A DNA stretch of 27,944 nt, taken from assembly GCA_964406905.1 (NCBI GenBank), contig CAYOTU010000002.1, positions 1 through 27,944 of the forward strand, read 5' to 3'. Positions 16,985 to 25,350 of this stretch are shown here, piece after piece. The translations under genes and the position numbers were made by a program. The first letter of the stretch is position 1; each line of letters begins with the position of its first letter. The stretch comes from an uncultured Myxococcales bacterium (GTDB lineage Bacteria; Myxococcota_A; UBA9042; CAIXZC01). The notes under the pieces are model-generated. The model had not been told where the DNA came from. It saw only the letters and a list, made by a program, of their open reading frames with translations, and searched no databases.

Positions 16985-17745
16985 GGTTCGGGCGTGCGGC
17001 GGTCCTCATGGCCGACCTCTACATGCGGACAGTGGTCCGCCGACGGGGGAGCTGGATCGTGGGCCTCCTTGCCCTGGCGTTGGTGGCGCTCTTCGGCTGG
17101 GCCGTGCTACAGGCCTCCGACGACGCTGCCCGGCTGGAGGTCTATCGGGGCTTCCTGTTCATCGGTCCCCTGGGCTTCCTGGTGCAGTTCTGCGGGCTCC
17201 TCTATGGCGTGGCCGCCGCGTCGGAGGACCGGGATGGAGGGACCGCTGCATATATATTCTCGCGGCCTCTGCCGCGGTCCGCTATCTTCCTGGGACGCTT
17301 CGCAGCCGCGGCTCTGACCGTAGCGTTGGTTACCAGCCTGGTGCACCTGGCCGTGGCCCTCCTGGCCCGGTTCCCGGGAGGCTTCGTCGTGTTTTTGCAG
17401 GTCGAGATCCCGATCCTGGCCGGTGCGCTCTGCTACACAGCGCTGTTCATGATGCTGGCCACCCTGGTCCGGAAGCCGGTGGTGATCGGGATGCTCTGGC
17501 TCGTGGTCTGGGAGTTGCTCGTGGCCCAGGTCCCCTGGCGGATCAAGCTCCTGACGGTGAAGTACCATCTGCTGAGCCTGGCCAACGGCCTGGTCCCCGG
17601 AGGTGCGGACGCCGGCCGCAGCGGGCCTACTGCCCTGTTCAAGGTCCTGGATGAGAGCCCGACGGACGCGGGCATAGTGGTCAGCGTCCTGATAGTCCTG
17701 GCAGTGGCTTTCGCCTGGGCCCGTTACCGTCGATTGGAGCCGTGA
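16981..17745 (+). CDS. ABC-2 type exporter permease
   Basis: About 6 TM segments; SEDRDGGTAAYIFSRPLPR..IFLGRF motif; ATGA overlap. Confidence 0.88.
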   Translation: MRFGRAAVLMADLYMRTVVRRRGSWIVGLLALALVALFGWAVLQASDDAARLEVYRGFLFIGPLGFLVQFCGLLYGVAAASEDRDGGTAAYIFSRPLPRSAIFLGRFAAAALTVALVTSLVHLAVALLARFPGGFVVFLQVEIPILAGALCYTALFMMLATLVRKPVVIGMLWLVVWELLVAQVPWRIKLLTVKYHLLSLANGLVPGGADAGRSGPTALFKVLDESPTDAGIVVSVLIVLAVAFAWARYRRLEP

Positions 17746-17813
17746 AGCTTCTCGTGTTGGCCATGTTCATAGCAGGAGGGGCTTTCCTGGCCCTAAAGCG
17801 AGGGTGTCATTGA
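17742..17813 (+). CDS. Possible 23-aa hydrophobic peptide MKLLVLAMFIAGGAFLALKRGCH
   Basis: GTG overlaps the permease TGA (GTGA); its TGA overlaps the in-frame TTG at 17810 of the methyltransferase (TTGA). Confidence 0.3.
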   Translation: MKLLVLAMFIAGGAFLALKRGCH

Positions 17814-18748
17814 GTCTCTCAAAACATTGGAAAATGAAATGGGCCCTCCAGAAGCTTTTTTCTGTTTCGCCCGGGGGCCGTGCTATGAACCACTTCTTTC
17901 AGCGCTTTGTAACGCGAGGAGTTGTCTGGGGCTCCAGAAGGTTTCGGGATGGCCTCGGGAACGTGAAGCAGCACTTTCATGCGACCCAGAAGTACGGAGT
18001 TGGCAGGGAAGGACTTGTTGTTCTCGAATTAGGTACCGGTTGGCTGCCCAATATTGCGGTAGGGATGTCCTTGGGGGGAGCAAAGAAGGTATACACTGTC
18101 GACATCCACAGACACATGCGCGCCCGAGCCCTGGAAGCGACGCTGTTGCACTTCCAGAAGAACATTGACTCGGAACAGGTTCAAAAAACACTTGGAACCG
18201 TAGGCGACGGGAAGAGGGAATCTCTCGAGAGGGCGATCAGTGCTGTGCAGAGGGGCGAAGTTGAAGAGGCGTTGGCGTCTCTGGATATTGAGTATCTGGT
18301 TCAAGACGTGCGGTATCTTCCCTTGCAGGACAACTATGTTGACCTTGTCGTGTCGAGAACTACGCTTGAGCACATTCCTGAAGATGATCTGGAGGAGATC
18401 CTTGTTGAATTCAGGAGAGTGATATCTGCAAAGGGGATAATGAACCACCTTGTTGACCTGCAAGACCATTATGCCATGTTCGATCCAGCAATTACCCCAT
18501 ATAATTTTCTTCAGTACAATGACCGTCGCTGGTCTCTCTACAACACCGATTTCCAGTGGCAAAACCGCCTTCGGATCAATGACTACGTTCGGCTCCACGA
18601 GTCAGCGGGGTTTGAAGTAATTGCTCATGACGACGAGAGGAAGCACGGATCGCTGCTCTCCCGTGTAAAACTCGACGCGCGATTTCAGAGGTACACACAG
18701 GAAGATCTTGAGGTGACTACCTCGTGGATCGTATCACGTGGCAGATAA
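17804..18748 (+). CDS. Class I SAM-dependent methyltransferase (low GC)
   Basis: Motif I VLELGTG, YTVD, VDLVVSRTTLEHIP, RRVISAKGIMNHLVDLQDH, NRLR. Start may be GTG 17804 or TTG 17810. Confidence 0.85.
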   Translation: MSLSLSKHWKMKWALQKLFSVSPGGRAMNHFFQRFVTRGVVWGSRRFRDGLGNVKQHFHATQKYGVGREGLVVLELGTGWLPNIAVGMSLGGAKKVYTVDIHRHMRARALEATLLHFQKNIDSEQVQKTLGTVGDGKRESLERAISAVQRGEVEEALASLDIEYLVQDVRYLPLQDNYVDLVVSRTTLEHIPEDDLEEILVEFRRVISAKGIMNHLVDLQDHYAMFDPAITPYNFLQYNDRRWSLYNTDFQWQNRLRINDYVRLHESAGFEVIAHDDERKHGSLLSRVKLDARFQRYTQEDLEVTTSWIVSRGR

Positions 18749-18755
18749 ACTCGTC

Positions 18756-18782
18756 GGGACGGAAGCAAATCGTTCCTGTCCC
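18756..18782. terminator. Hairpin between convergent genes
   Basis: GGGACGGAA...TTCC(T)GTCCC, 9-bp stem with one bulge, 7 nt after the methyltransferase stop; no clear U-tract. Confidence 0.3.
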
Positions 18783-18824
18783 TGGATGGATCGTGATGTG
18801 AGAGCAGGCAGGCACCTGACGTCG

Positions 18825-18929
18825 TCAGTTTCCTGAGATGCCGCTGCAGTCCGGGTCAGAGCCGTCCTCGAAGCGGATCGCGAGGCCGAAGGTCGGGCTC
18901 CACGCGTTGCCGTTGTCCGAGCCGACCAT
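18825..18929 (-). pseudogene. 34-codon ORF or 3' gene remnant: MVGSDNGNAWSPTFGLAIRFEDGSDPDCSGISGN
   Basis: Codons mostly end in G/C like host genes; starts 10 nt after the DAACS stop; no obvious RBS. Confidence 0.25.
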
Positions 18930-18939
18930 GACCAAGTCA

Positions 18940-20202
18940 TCACAGGCGCAACGAGCGGCGCTGTTCGAGGCGGTCTACCACTGCGGCACCGATGGAGTCG
19001 CTCCATATGTTGGTGGTGGTCCGGCACATGTCCAGGATCCGGTCTACGCCCAGGATAACGCCGATGGCCTCCAGGGGCAGGCCGACGGCCTGGAACACGA
19101 TGGTCATCATCACGAGGCCTGCGTGGGGGATGCCCGCCGCGCCTACTGAGGCCAGCAGCGCGGTGAGGCAGACGATCATCTGCTGGGTGATGGACAAGTC
19201 GACGCCGTAAGCCTGGGCCACGAAGAGGGCAGCGACGCATTCGTAGAGAGCAGTCCCGTCCATGTTTACTGTGGCACCCAGGGGCAGCACAAAAGTAGCG
19301 GTCTTCCGGTCCACGCCGCCGGGGTTCTCCACGTACTTCATGGTCAGTGGCAGGGCCGCGTTGCTCGACGCGGTGGAGAAGCCGGTCGCCAGCGCTGACC
19401 CGATAGCCCGGAAGTAGGTGATGGGGTTGCGTTTGCCCACCAGGAACAGAATTAACGGAAGGGTGACGCAGAAGTGGGTGGCGAGCGCGAGGAGGACCAC
19501 CCCCATGTAGCCGAGCAGGGGCAGGATCACGTCCACACCCGAGCGGGCCACCACCACTGCGAGGAGTGCGGCCACACCCAGGGGCGCGGTCCGGATGATA
19601 GCGCTGGTCATCCGCATCATCACGTTGAACACGCTATCCAGCAACTGGACGATGTTCTCCTGGGTCTTTCCGCCGATCCGCGCGGTGAACAGGCCGAAGA
19701 GGATGCAGAAGAAGATCAGCCCCAGGAGCCCAGCACCGCTTCCCGAGCCCTGGCCGCCCCCGAAGAGCGCGGCCGCACCCAGGGGGTTCTCAGGGATCAG
19801 TCGCATCAGGAAGTCCAGGACGGAGAACTTCTGCTGCGCGATCGCTGCTTCCGTCGCGCCCCCGCCGAGGTCTACGCCGACGCCCGGCTGAAAGATGTTC
19901 ACCATGATCAGCCCTGTTAAGATCGCCGCGCAGGTGGTAAACAGGTAGTAGCTCAAGGTCCATCCGCCCATCCGCCCGAGCTTCTTGGGATCACCCAGAC
20001 CCGCGACGCTCAGCGTCACCGACGCGGCAACCAGGGGCACAACCACCATCTTGAGCAGCCGCAGGAAGAGATCACCGCACCATTCGAACCAGTGGACATG
20101 CTCCGGCCCTGTGAGCAAGCCGACGAGCACGCCGACCCCCATGCCGATGAGGATCTGGAAATGCAGCTTGCGATACCATTTCGTTTCAGGTCCGTTCTTC
20201 AA
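18940..20202 (-). CDS. Dicarboxylate/amino acid:cation symporter (DAACS, GltP/GltT-like), probably Glu/Asp
   Basis: FLRLLKMVVVPLV, FSTASSNAALP, LPLGATVNMDGTALYE, GIPHAG, DRILDMCRT with the Arg equivalent to GltPh R397; TTG start with GGGAG RBS. Confidence 0.93.
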   Translation of the reverse strand: MKNGPETKWYRKLHFQILIGMGVGVLVGLLTGPEHVHWFEWCGDLFLRLLKMVVVPLVAASVTLSVAGLGDPKKLGRMGGWTLSYYLFTTCAAILTGLIMVNIFQPGVGVDLGGGATEAAIAQQKFSVLDFLMRLIPENPLGAAALFGGGQGSGSGAGLLGLIFFCILFGLFTARIGGKTQENIVQLLDSVFNVMMRMTSAIIRTAPLGVAALLAVVVARSGVDVILPLLGYMGVVLLALATHFCVTLPLILFLVGKRNPITYFRAIGSALATGFSTASSNAALPLTMKYVENPGGVDRKTATFVLPLGATVNMDGTALYECVAALFVAQAYGVDLSITQQMIVCLTALLASVGAAGIPHAGLVMMTIVFQAVGLPLEAIGVILGVDRILDMCRTTTNIWSDSIGAAVVDRLEQRRSLRL

Positions 20203-20234
20203 GCGCGTCTCCCGTTGTTATCTGGATTCGGTTG

Positions 20235-22805
20235 CTACCTGAGCGGGGGATCGAAGCCGCCGCCGTCCAGATCGACCCAGATTGGATTGGTGAAGGCCAT
20301 GGAGTCACGACCCGGATAGACCGGGGCCAGGTCCGCTGATTCGGTGTACGCTATCACATGGTACCAGATGTCCATGGGGGGCGAGACCTGTAGCTCGGTT
20401 TCCAGGCGAAGTACCCCCTCGGCCCCGGAGACGTCCCACTCCTGGATCACGGCTCCGTTCCCCACGAGGCGGACGGTGTCGAGGGGCACCCAGGTGGGCG
20501 CACTGACCCGGATGGAGAGGGTGATCGGATCGTCCGGTGCAGCGGGGATCACCGTATCGCCGAGCCCCGTATCCCCTGCGCTGAACTCGATGAAGGGCGC
20601 TGAGGTCGCCTGGGCGTGGCCGGCCTTGAGCGCAGCGTAGAAGGTCTCGTCAGTGGGCTCGGCTGCCTGGACGAGGTTGTGCGGCTGTCCGACCCACTGG
20701 CGCAGCTCGTGGGAGTCGGAGTTCCCGACAGCGATCTTCCGGTGCCCCCGGTTGAGGAAGCTGTACCAGTCCGGGAGGGTCTTGTCTCGGAGGTGCCCCC
20801 AGTCCTCGCTACCGTTCCAGACTTCGATGGAGTCGAAGGTGAGGTCGAAGACCGCTGGATCCAGGGCCTCGGGGCCTGCCACGGGGTCATAGCCCACCGC
20901 TGTGAACACGCCTTGGCCAGTGCGGGGGTGGTTTATCTGGACCATGGTGGCAGCGAAGTCGTCCCGCAGGATGGCCCATATCTCGGGGGCCTCCAATTGC
21001 CGCACAACCTCGCCGTCCTCGGTGAGTTCCATCCAGGGTGCCTCGAAGTAGTCCCCGGTCACTGACTTGCAACCGAGGCAGTTGAAGTGCGCCGCGAGCG
21101 AGGAACTCTCGTTCCCCAGGGACGCGGTGAGGAGGTCGCCTACGCCCATGTCCTCCACGATGGGCCGGAAATCAGCGAAGACGTCGTGATCCGTTCCAGC
21201 AAAGAAACGGATGTCCTCCGCTATCAGGGCCTTCACCCGTTCCTCCCGCAGAAAGGTGCTGTCGACGCTGAATTCCGAGTGGACGTGCAGATCCCCCGAT
21301 ATCCAGCCGGGGGTGGGGACCTCCAACTCGATGCCGCAGGTGAAGGTAGCGGTCTCACCCGTTGCGAGTGTCACGTCTCCCTGGCAGATTCCCCACCGGC
21401 CTCCTCGGGAGCCTGTGATCGTGTAGGTGCCCTCGGGCAGATAGATGGTTGCGGCTCCGTCCAGGGTCGGGACAACGGCCACGAGCTTCGCGTGGATGTC
21501 CGCGCCAGGGCCGACCTGTGCAGAGATGCGTCCGGGAATCGCCGCGCCGCCATCGTCGGTGAGTTGGACGTCGATGCGCGCGGGCGCGGCGGGTGCGAAA
21601 ACGAGATCTGACACCGGCGCGCCCGCGGCCGCTGTCCAGGTGACCTCGACGGGTTCGAGGGCCTCGCCGACCAGGATCCCCCGGTATTCTCCGGGCGGGG
21701 CTTTGAACGCGAATGCGCCGTCCGTCCCCGGCGCTGTCGCACCCACGAACGCGTCATTCCGGTAAATCTCCACCCGCGCTCGGGCGAGTTCATAGCCAGC
21801 GGTGGGGACCTGGACTGAGCCCGAGACCGCCACGGTCTCCTGGCCCCGTGTCTCCCAGTGATGGGCCAGAGGGAGGAGGGAGCGCCCCGGGGCCGCATAG
21901 ATGCAGCGGCGGACCTCCGCTGACTCCCCCGGTCCAAGCGCGACCATCTCGTAGCTCAGGAGACTCAACTCGTCCTTCAGCAGGGCCACGGACACTTCCG
22001 CGCCGCCCAGGGGGGTCACGAGGTGGGTAAGTCCTGGCTGGTCCGCACCGATGTAATCCATGCCGCCCAGCGCCAGCAGGGCCTCCTCGTTGTAGCCCGC
22101 GCCCGGGCCGAAGACCCGGCCGGTCTCAGACCAGAACAGGCCATCCCCCAGGGCCGCGGTGACGTTCCCGTCGGTGGGGTTCGTTGCGATGGTGTGGACC
22201 TCGAGGCAGGGGGAGTCAGCCGCGAGGCGATACTCCACGGTGACGTCGAGGCCGACCGGCTCCGTCTGGATGATCAGGTCCACCAGGGGGATGGCGCCGT
22301 CAGTGCCGCGCACCCGGATCACCGCGTCCCCGTCGGTTCCGTCCGCGGCGACCTCGACAGTCTCGGGACGGACGGCCCGCAGGAAGCCCGCGGTTGAAAA
22401 AGCCTCCTGGAAGCGGTCATCGCCCCCTGCCACAGCAAGGTCCAGGATCCCGCCGCCGAATGGCCCCCACATGTGGTGGTCCAGCGCGCCGACGATCGCG
22501 ACGATGTGTTCGTTCTCAATGCGAAGGTCCCCGATTCGCCCTGTGGCCTCGCGGCCTTGCAGAAGATCAGCCGCGTCAGTCACCACGAAGGCCCTGATCG
22601 GGGGTGCGACAGTTGTGTCCGCGCCCGTGTCCGCCGCGCTGTCAACAGCAACAGTGACCTCGGTCACATCGGGCGCGCCCGATGCCTCGGCAGACTCGAC
22701 AGTATCGACCGTCCATCCCCAGTCACCGCCCATCGGGCTGGGTTGGGGGTTGCTCTCGATGCAACCGCAGAGCAGGATTCCGAGCCACACCCACTTCGTC
22801 TTCAT
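20235..22805 (-). CDS. CehA/McbA-family (PHP-like) metallohydrolase lipoprotein with N-terminal beta domains
   Basis: WISGDLHVHS, TDHD, NHP, IEVWN, GNSDSH motifs. Start at 22805 (MKTKWVWLGILLCGC) with GAGGGAG RBS; the longer track start overlaps the upstream gene. Confidence 0.85.
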   Translation of the reverse strand: MKTKWVWLGILLCGCIESNPQPSPMGGDWGWTVDTVESAEASGAPDVTEVTVAVDSAADTGADTTVAPPIRAFVVTDAADLLQGREATGRIGDLRIENEHIVAIVGALDHHMWGPFGGGILDLAVAGGDDRFQEAFSTAGFLRAVRPETVEVAADGTDGDAVIRVRGTDGAIPLVDLIIQTEPVGLDVTVEYRLAADSPCLEVHTIATNPTDGNVTAALGDGLFWSETGRVFGPGAGYNEEALLALGGMDYIGADQPGLTHLVTPLGGAEVSVALLKDELSLLSYEMVALGPGESAEVRRCIYAAPGRSLLPLAHHWETRGQETVAVSGSVQVPTAGYELARARVEIYRNDAFVGATAPGTDGAFAFKAPPGEYRGILVGEALEPVEVTWTAAAGAPVSDLVFAPAAPARIDVQLTDDGGAAIPGRISAQVGPGADIHAKLVAVVPTLDGAATIYLPEGTYTITGSRGGRWGICQGDVTLATGETATFTCGIELEVPTPGWISGDLHVHSEFSVDSTFLREERVKALIAEDIRFFAGTDHDVFADFRPIVEDMGVGDLLTASLGNESSSLAAHFNCLGCKSVTGDYFEAPWMELTEDGEVVRQLEAPEIWAILRDDFAATMVQINHPRTGQGVFTAVGYDPVAGPEALDPAVFDLTFDSIEVWNGSEDWGHLRDKTLPDWYSFLNRGHRKIAVGNSDSHELRQWVGQPHNLVQAAEPTDETFYAALKAGHAQATSAPFIEFSAGDTGLGDTVIPAAPDDPITLSIRVSAPTWVPLDTVRLVGNGAVIQEWDVSGAEGVLRLETELQVSPPMDIWYHVIAYTESADLAPVYPGRDSMAFTNPIWVDLDGGGFDPPLR

Positions 22806-22839
22806 GGTCTCCCTCGATTTGAAGATTCCCGGCAGGGTC

Positions 22840-22868
22840 ATGATATCGAGAGAGGGGGCATGGTTCAA
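22840..22868 (-). promoter_or_regulatory. Sigma70-type promoter for the metallohydrolase gene (and possibly DAACS)
   Basis: TTGAAC-17 bp-TATCAT on the minus strand within the 92-nt gap. Confidence 0.55.
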
Positions 22869-22897
22869 ACGCGATTTCGTTGCCGCCGCTGTGGCAG

Positions 22898-24304
22898 TCA
22901 GAGTTTTGGCTCCTCGGCCCATGCTGCCCACCGTTTCAGCGCCTCCAGATTCGACGCTGTCCCGGGATCATCCCATGGGTCGAAACCGAAGTCGTCCTTG
23001 GAGAGGAGGACCAGCGCGTCCAGGGCCTCGCTACGGATCAGGGGGATGTCCGCGCTGGAGAGCAGCTCGATGAGCGGGGTGGCCCCCGCGGCTGCGTTGA
23101 GTTGGGCAAGACGGCGCGCGATTACCAGGCGCATCTCTACCTCTGATGGATCCACGTGCAGGAGGATCTCCTCAATGAAGAGGGGATCCGTCTGCTCCTC
23201 GAGCTTCTTTGTGCGGGCTTCGATGTCCAGCGGCTCCAGGCTGTGGAGGTACCGATGGACCGGGCAATCTCCGACGCACGCTCCGTCGGTCAGATTTTCG
23301 TCCCCCGTGCTGCCCTGAAGGTGAGCCGCGTGGGCATGCGCGTACGATTTTCCGTCATTTCGCGCCCAATAGGGCCGCTCCTTCATCCATTGGCCGAGCC
23401 CGTAGAATCCCCCGTAGATCCCATAGATGATCCCGAGCCCGATGAGGACGTAGGCCACGGCCCGTTTCCGGCGGGATTTGGCGCGGGCCACCCAGAGTAT
23501 GATCGCCACCACGAGGAGGACAGCCCCGTAGAGGCTCACCACAGTGGGCCCCGTGGCGGTGTCCGCTCTGTAGCTGACAGCGAGGCCGCCTACGGAAACA
23601 GCGACCCCCACGCTCCAGCCGATGAGGAGTTGGAGCGAGAGCCGGGACGTGAGCATCATGGCCATGATTGCTGGCACCACCAGGAAGACGAAGACCAGGA
23701 GGACCCCCGCGGTCCGTACCGAGTGCGTGATGACCAGGCCGAAGGACATGTAGAAGAGGAAGTCCCACAGGCGCACGTTGATCCCGTCAGCGCGAGCGCG
23801 TTCCGGGTCATTGGAGATCGCTATGAACTTATGGCGGAACACATAGTGGAAGATACCGACGGCAGAATAGACCACCGCGGCTGCGGCCACCTCCTCGCCC
23901 TTCACCCAGAGGAGCGAACCGGTGAGGATTCTCTGGATGTGCTCGGCCCCGTGGGGGGCTTGTGCGACGATGAGGATCCCCACCGCTGCGGCCAGCGCAT
24001 AGACGAGGCCGATGATGGCCTCCTGGGGGATCTTCTCACGGTGGAACCGGGTGAGGGAGAAGACCGCCGCGCCCAGGAACGTGGCAAGAAGCGAGAAGAC
24101 GTAGGCCCCCTTGGAGAGGGGATCGATGTGGAAGAGGAACGCTATGGTGGTCCCCAGCGCTGCGATCTGGGCCAGGGCCAGGTCCACGAAGATCACCTGG
24201 CGACGGAGCACGTGCAGGCCGAGGTAGGAGTGGATCCCAACGAGGACGAGGCACTCTGCGAAGGGCAGGGCCATCACCTCCCACGGGCCGGTCAATCCGC
24301 TCAT
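22898..24304 (-). CDS. Metal ABC-type permease (ZnuB/MntB/ABC-3 family) with an extra TM, His/Cys linker and C-terminal HEAT-like domain
   Basis: GLHVLRRQVIFVDLALAQIAALG, EAIIGLVY, GSLLWV, SVRTAGVLLVFVFLVVPA; extension YAHAHAAH...CVGDCPVH and MRLVIARRLAQL...IRSEALDALVLLSKDDFGFD...W. Confidence 0.88.
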   Translation of the reverse strand: MSGLTGPWEVMALPFAECLVLVGIHSYLGLHVLRRQVIFVDLALAQIAALGTTIAFLFHIDPLSKGAYVFSLLATFLGAAVFSLTRFHREKIPQEAIIGLVYALAAAVGILIVAQAPHGAEHIQRILTGSLLWVKGEEVAAAAVVYSAVGIFHYVFRHKFIAISNDPERARADGINVRLWDFLFYMSFGLVITHSVRTAGVLLVFVFLVVPAIMAMMLTSRLSLQLLIGWSVGVAVSVGGLAVSYRADTATGPTVVSLYGAVLLVVAIILWVARAKSRRKRAVAYVLIGLGIIYGIYGGFYGLGQWMKERPYWARNDGKSYAHAHAAHLQGSTGDENLTDGACVGDCPVHRYLHSLEPLDIEARTKKLEEQTDPLFIEEILLHVDPSEVEMRLVIARRLAQLNAAAGATPLIELLSSADIPLIRSEALDALVLLSKDDFGFDPWDDPGTASNLEALKRWAAWAEEPKL

Positions 24305-25341
24305 CGCGATTCCCCGTACGCGTCGAGCAGCCCGTCGAGCCAGAGGTCGACGAGCTTGAAGTAGTCCTCGGTCCCCGCCGCACCGCCAACGTATAGAGGC
24401 ACGATGACCGAGTGCGCGTCGACCGCTGAGCAGATCCGGTTGACCTTGCTCTCGTCAAAGTAGTTGGCCGCCAGCACGACCCGGACGTCGAGAGACCGCA
24501 TGAGGTTGATGATCTTCTCGACGTGCTTCGGGGAGGGCGGGATCGCTGGCTTGGGCTCGACCTCTCCGACGATCTGGAGGCCGAAGGTCCGCATGAAGTA
24601 GATCCAGTTTTTGTGGTAGGTGACGATCTTATTCCCGTGGAGGGGCAGGGCCTTCTTCATCCACCCGCCGAGGAGGTCGATCATGGGCTTCCCCCGGATC
24701 TTCTTCGACTGGAGGAATGGGATCAGCTTGCCGCTTTGTGCAAGACGCAGCAGGGTCGACGAACCGACCATCTTTATGAGGTCCTTGCCGAAGAGGGCTT
24801 CATCAAGGCGCGCGCGGAAGTCCGAGAGGCGGGCCTCGTAGTACGCCTTGTTGTCGGGATCCACCTTGACCAGGCCGATGGCGATGTTCTGAGCGACCTT
24901 CCGGATGTTGAGGGGGCCGGTGACGAGGTGTGGGTTTCCGTAGATGTGGACCCCGCCGCTGCTGCGATCCGCAGTCTCGGGGATCTCGAGCTTCACGATT
25001 CCGTCGGCCACCGCGACGTACCCGACCTGTCCCTCGCGGATCTTCGCGTTGCCAGCCTTGTCGATGAGGGACGGCAGCCAGAGCTCGAGGTCCATGCCGG
25101 TGGTAAGGAGGAGGTCAGCGTTCGCCAGCTTCGGCGCAAAGCTGGGCTTCGGGCGCACAAAGTGTACGTCCTGGTCAGCGGACGCGATGGAGAAGACGCT
25201 CACCTTGTCCCCGCCGATCTCCTCTGCGAGGTTGGCGTACGTCGTGGTCGTGGCGACGACCTTGATGCGGGCCTGTGCTGGGGACGAAGTGGCCGCTGCG
25301 AGGAGCACGGCCGCTGCTAGAAAATGCTTGATATAATACAT
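24301..25341 (-). CDS. Metal ABC substrate-binding protein (cluster A-I, ZnuA/TroA-like)
   Basis: Signal peptide (AQA-R), IKVVATTTTYA, DVHF, GMDLELWLP, GVHIYGNPH, YHKNW, EPKPAIPPSPKH; ATGA overlap with the permease. Confidence 0.92.
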   Translation of the reverse strand: MYYIKHFLAAAVLLAAATSSPAQARIKVVATTTTYANLAEEIGGDKVSVFSIASADQDVHFVRPKPSFAPKLANADLLLTTGMDLELWLPSLIDKAGNAKIREGQVGYVAVADGIVKLEIPETADRSSGGVHIYGNPHLVTGPLNIRKVAQNIAIGLVKVDPDNKAYYEARLSDFRARLDEALFGKDLIKMVGSSTLLRLAQSGKLIPFLQSKKIRGKPMIDLLGGWMKKALPLHGNKIVTYHKNWIYFMRTFGLQIVGEVEPKPAIPPSPKHVEKIINLMRSLDVRVVLAANYFDESKVNRICSAVDAHSVIVPLYVGGAAGTEDYFKLVDLWLDGLLDAYGESR

Positions 25342-25350
25342 TGCAACCCC

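Noticed and set aside
18825-18929. RiPP (lasso-like) precursor
   Set aside because: No leader peptide and no maturation enzymes nearby.
22806-22897. Metallohydrolase as the last gene of the metal-uptake operon
   Set aside because: A separate TTGAAC-17-TATCAT promoter lies in the gap, so co-transcription is not required, though read-through is possible.
22806-22931. N-terminal extension of the metallohydrolase given in the ORF track
   Set aside because: It overlaps the permease gene and spans a promoter; the ATG at 22805 has an RBS and begins a signal peptide.
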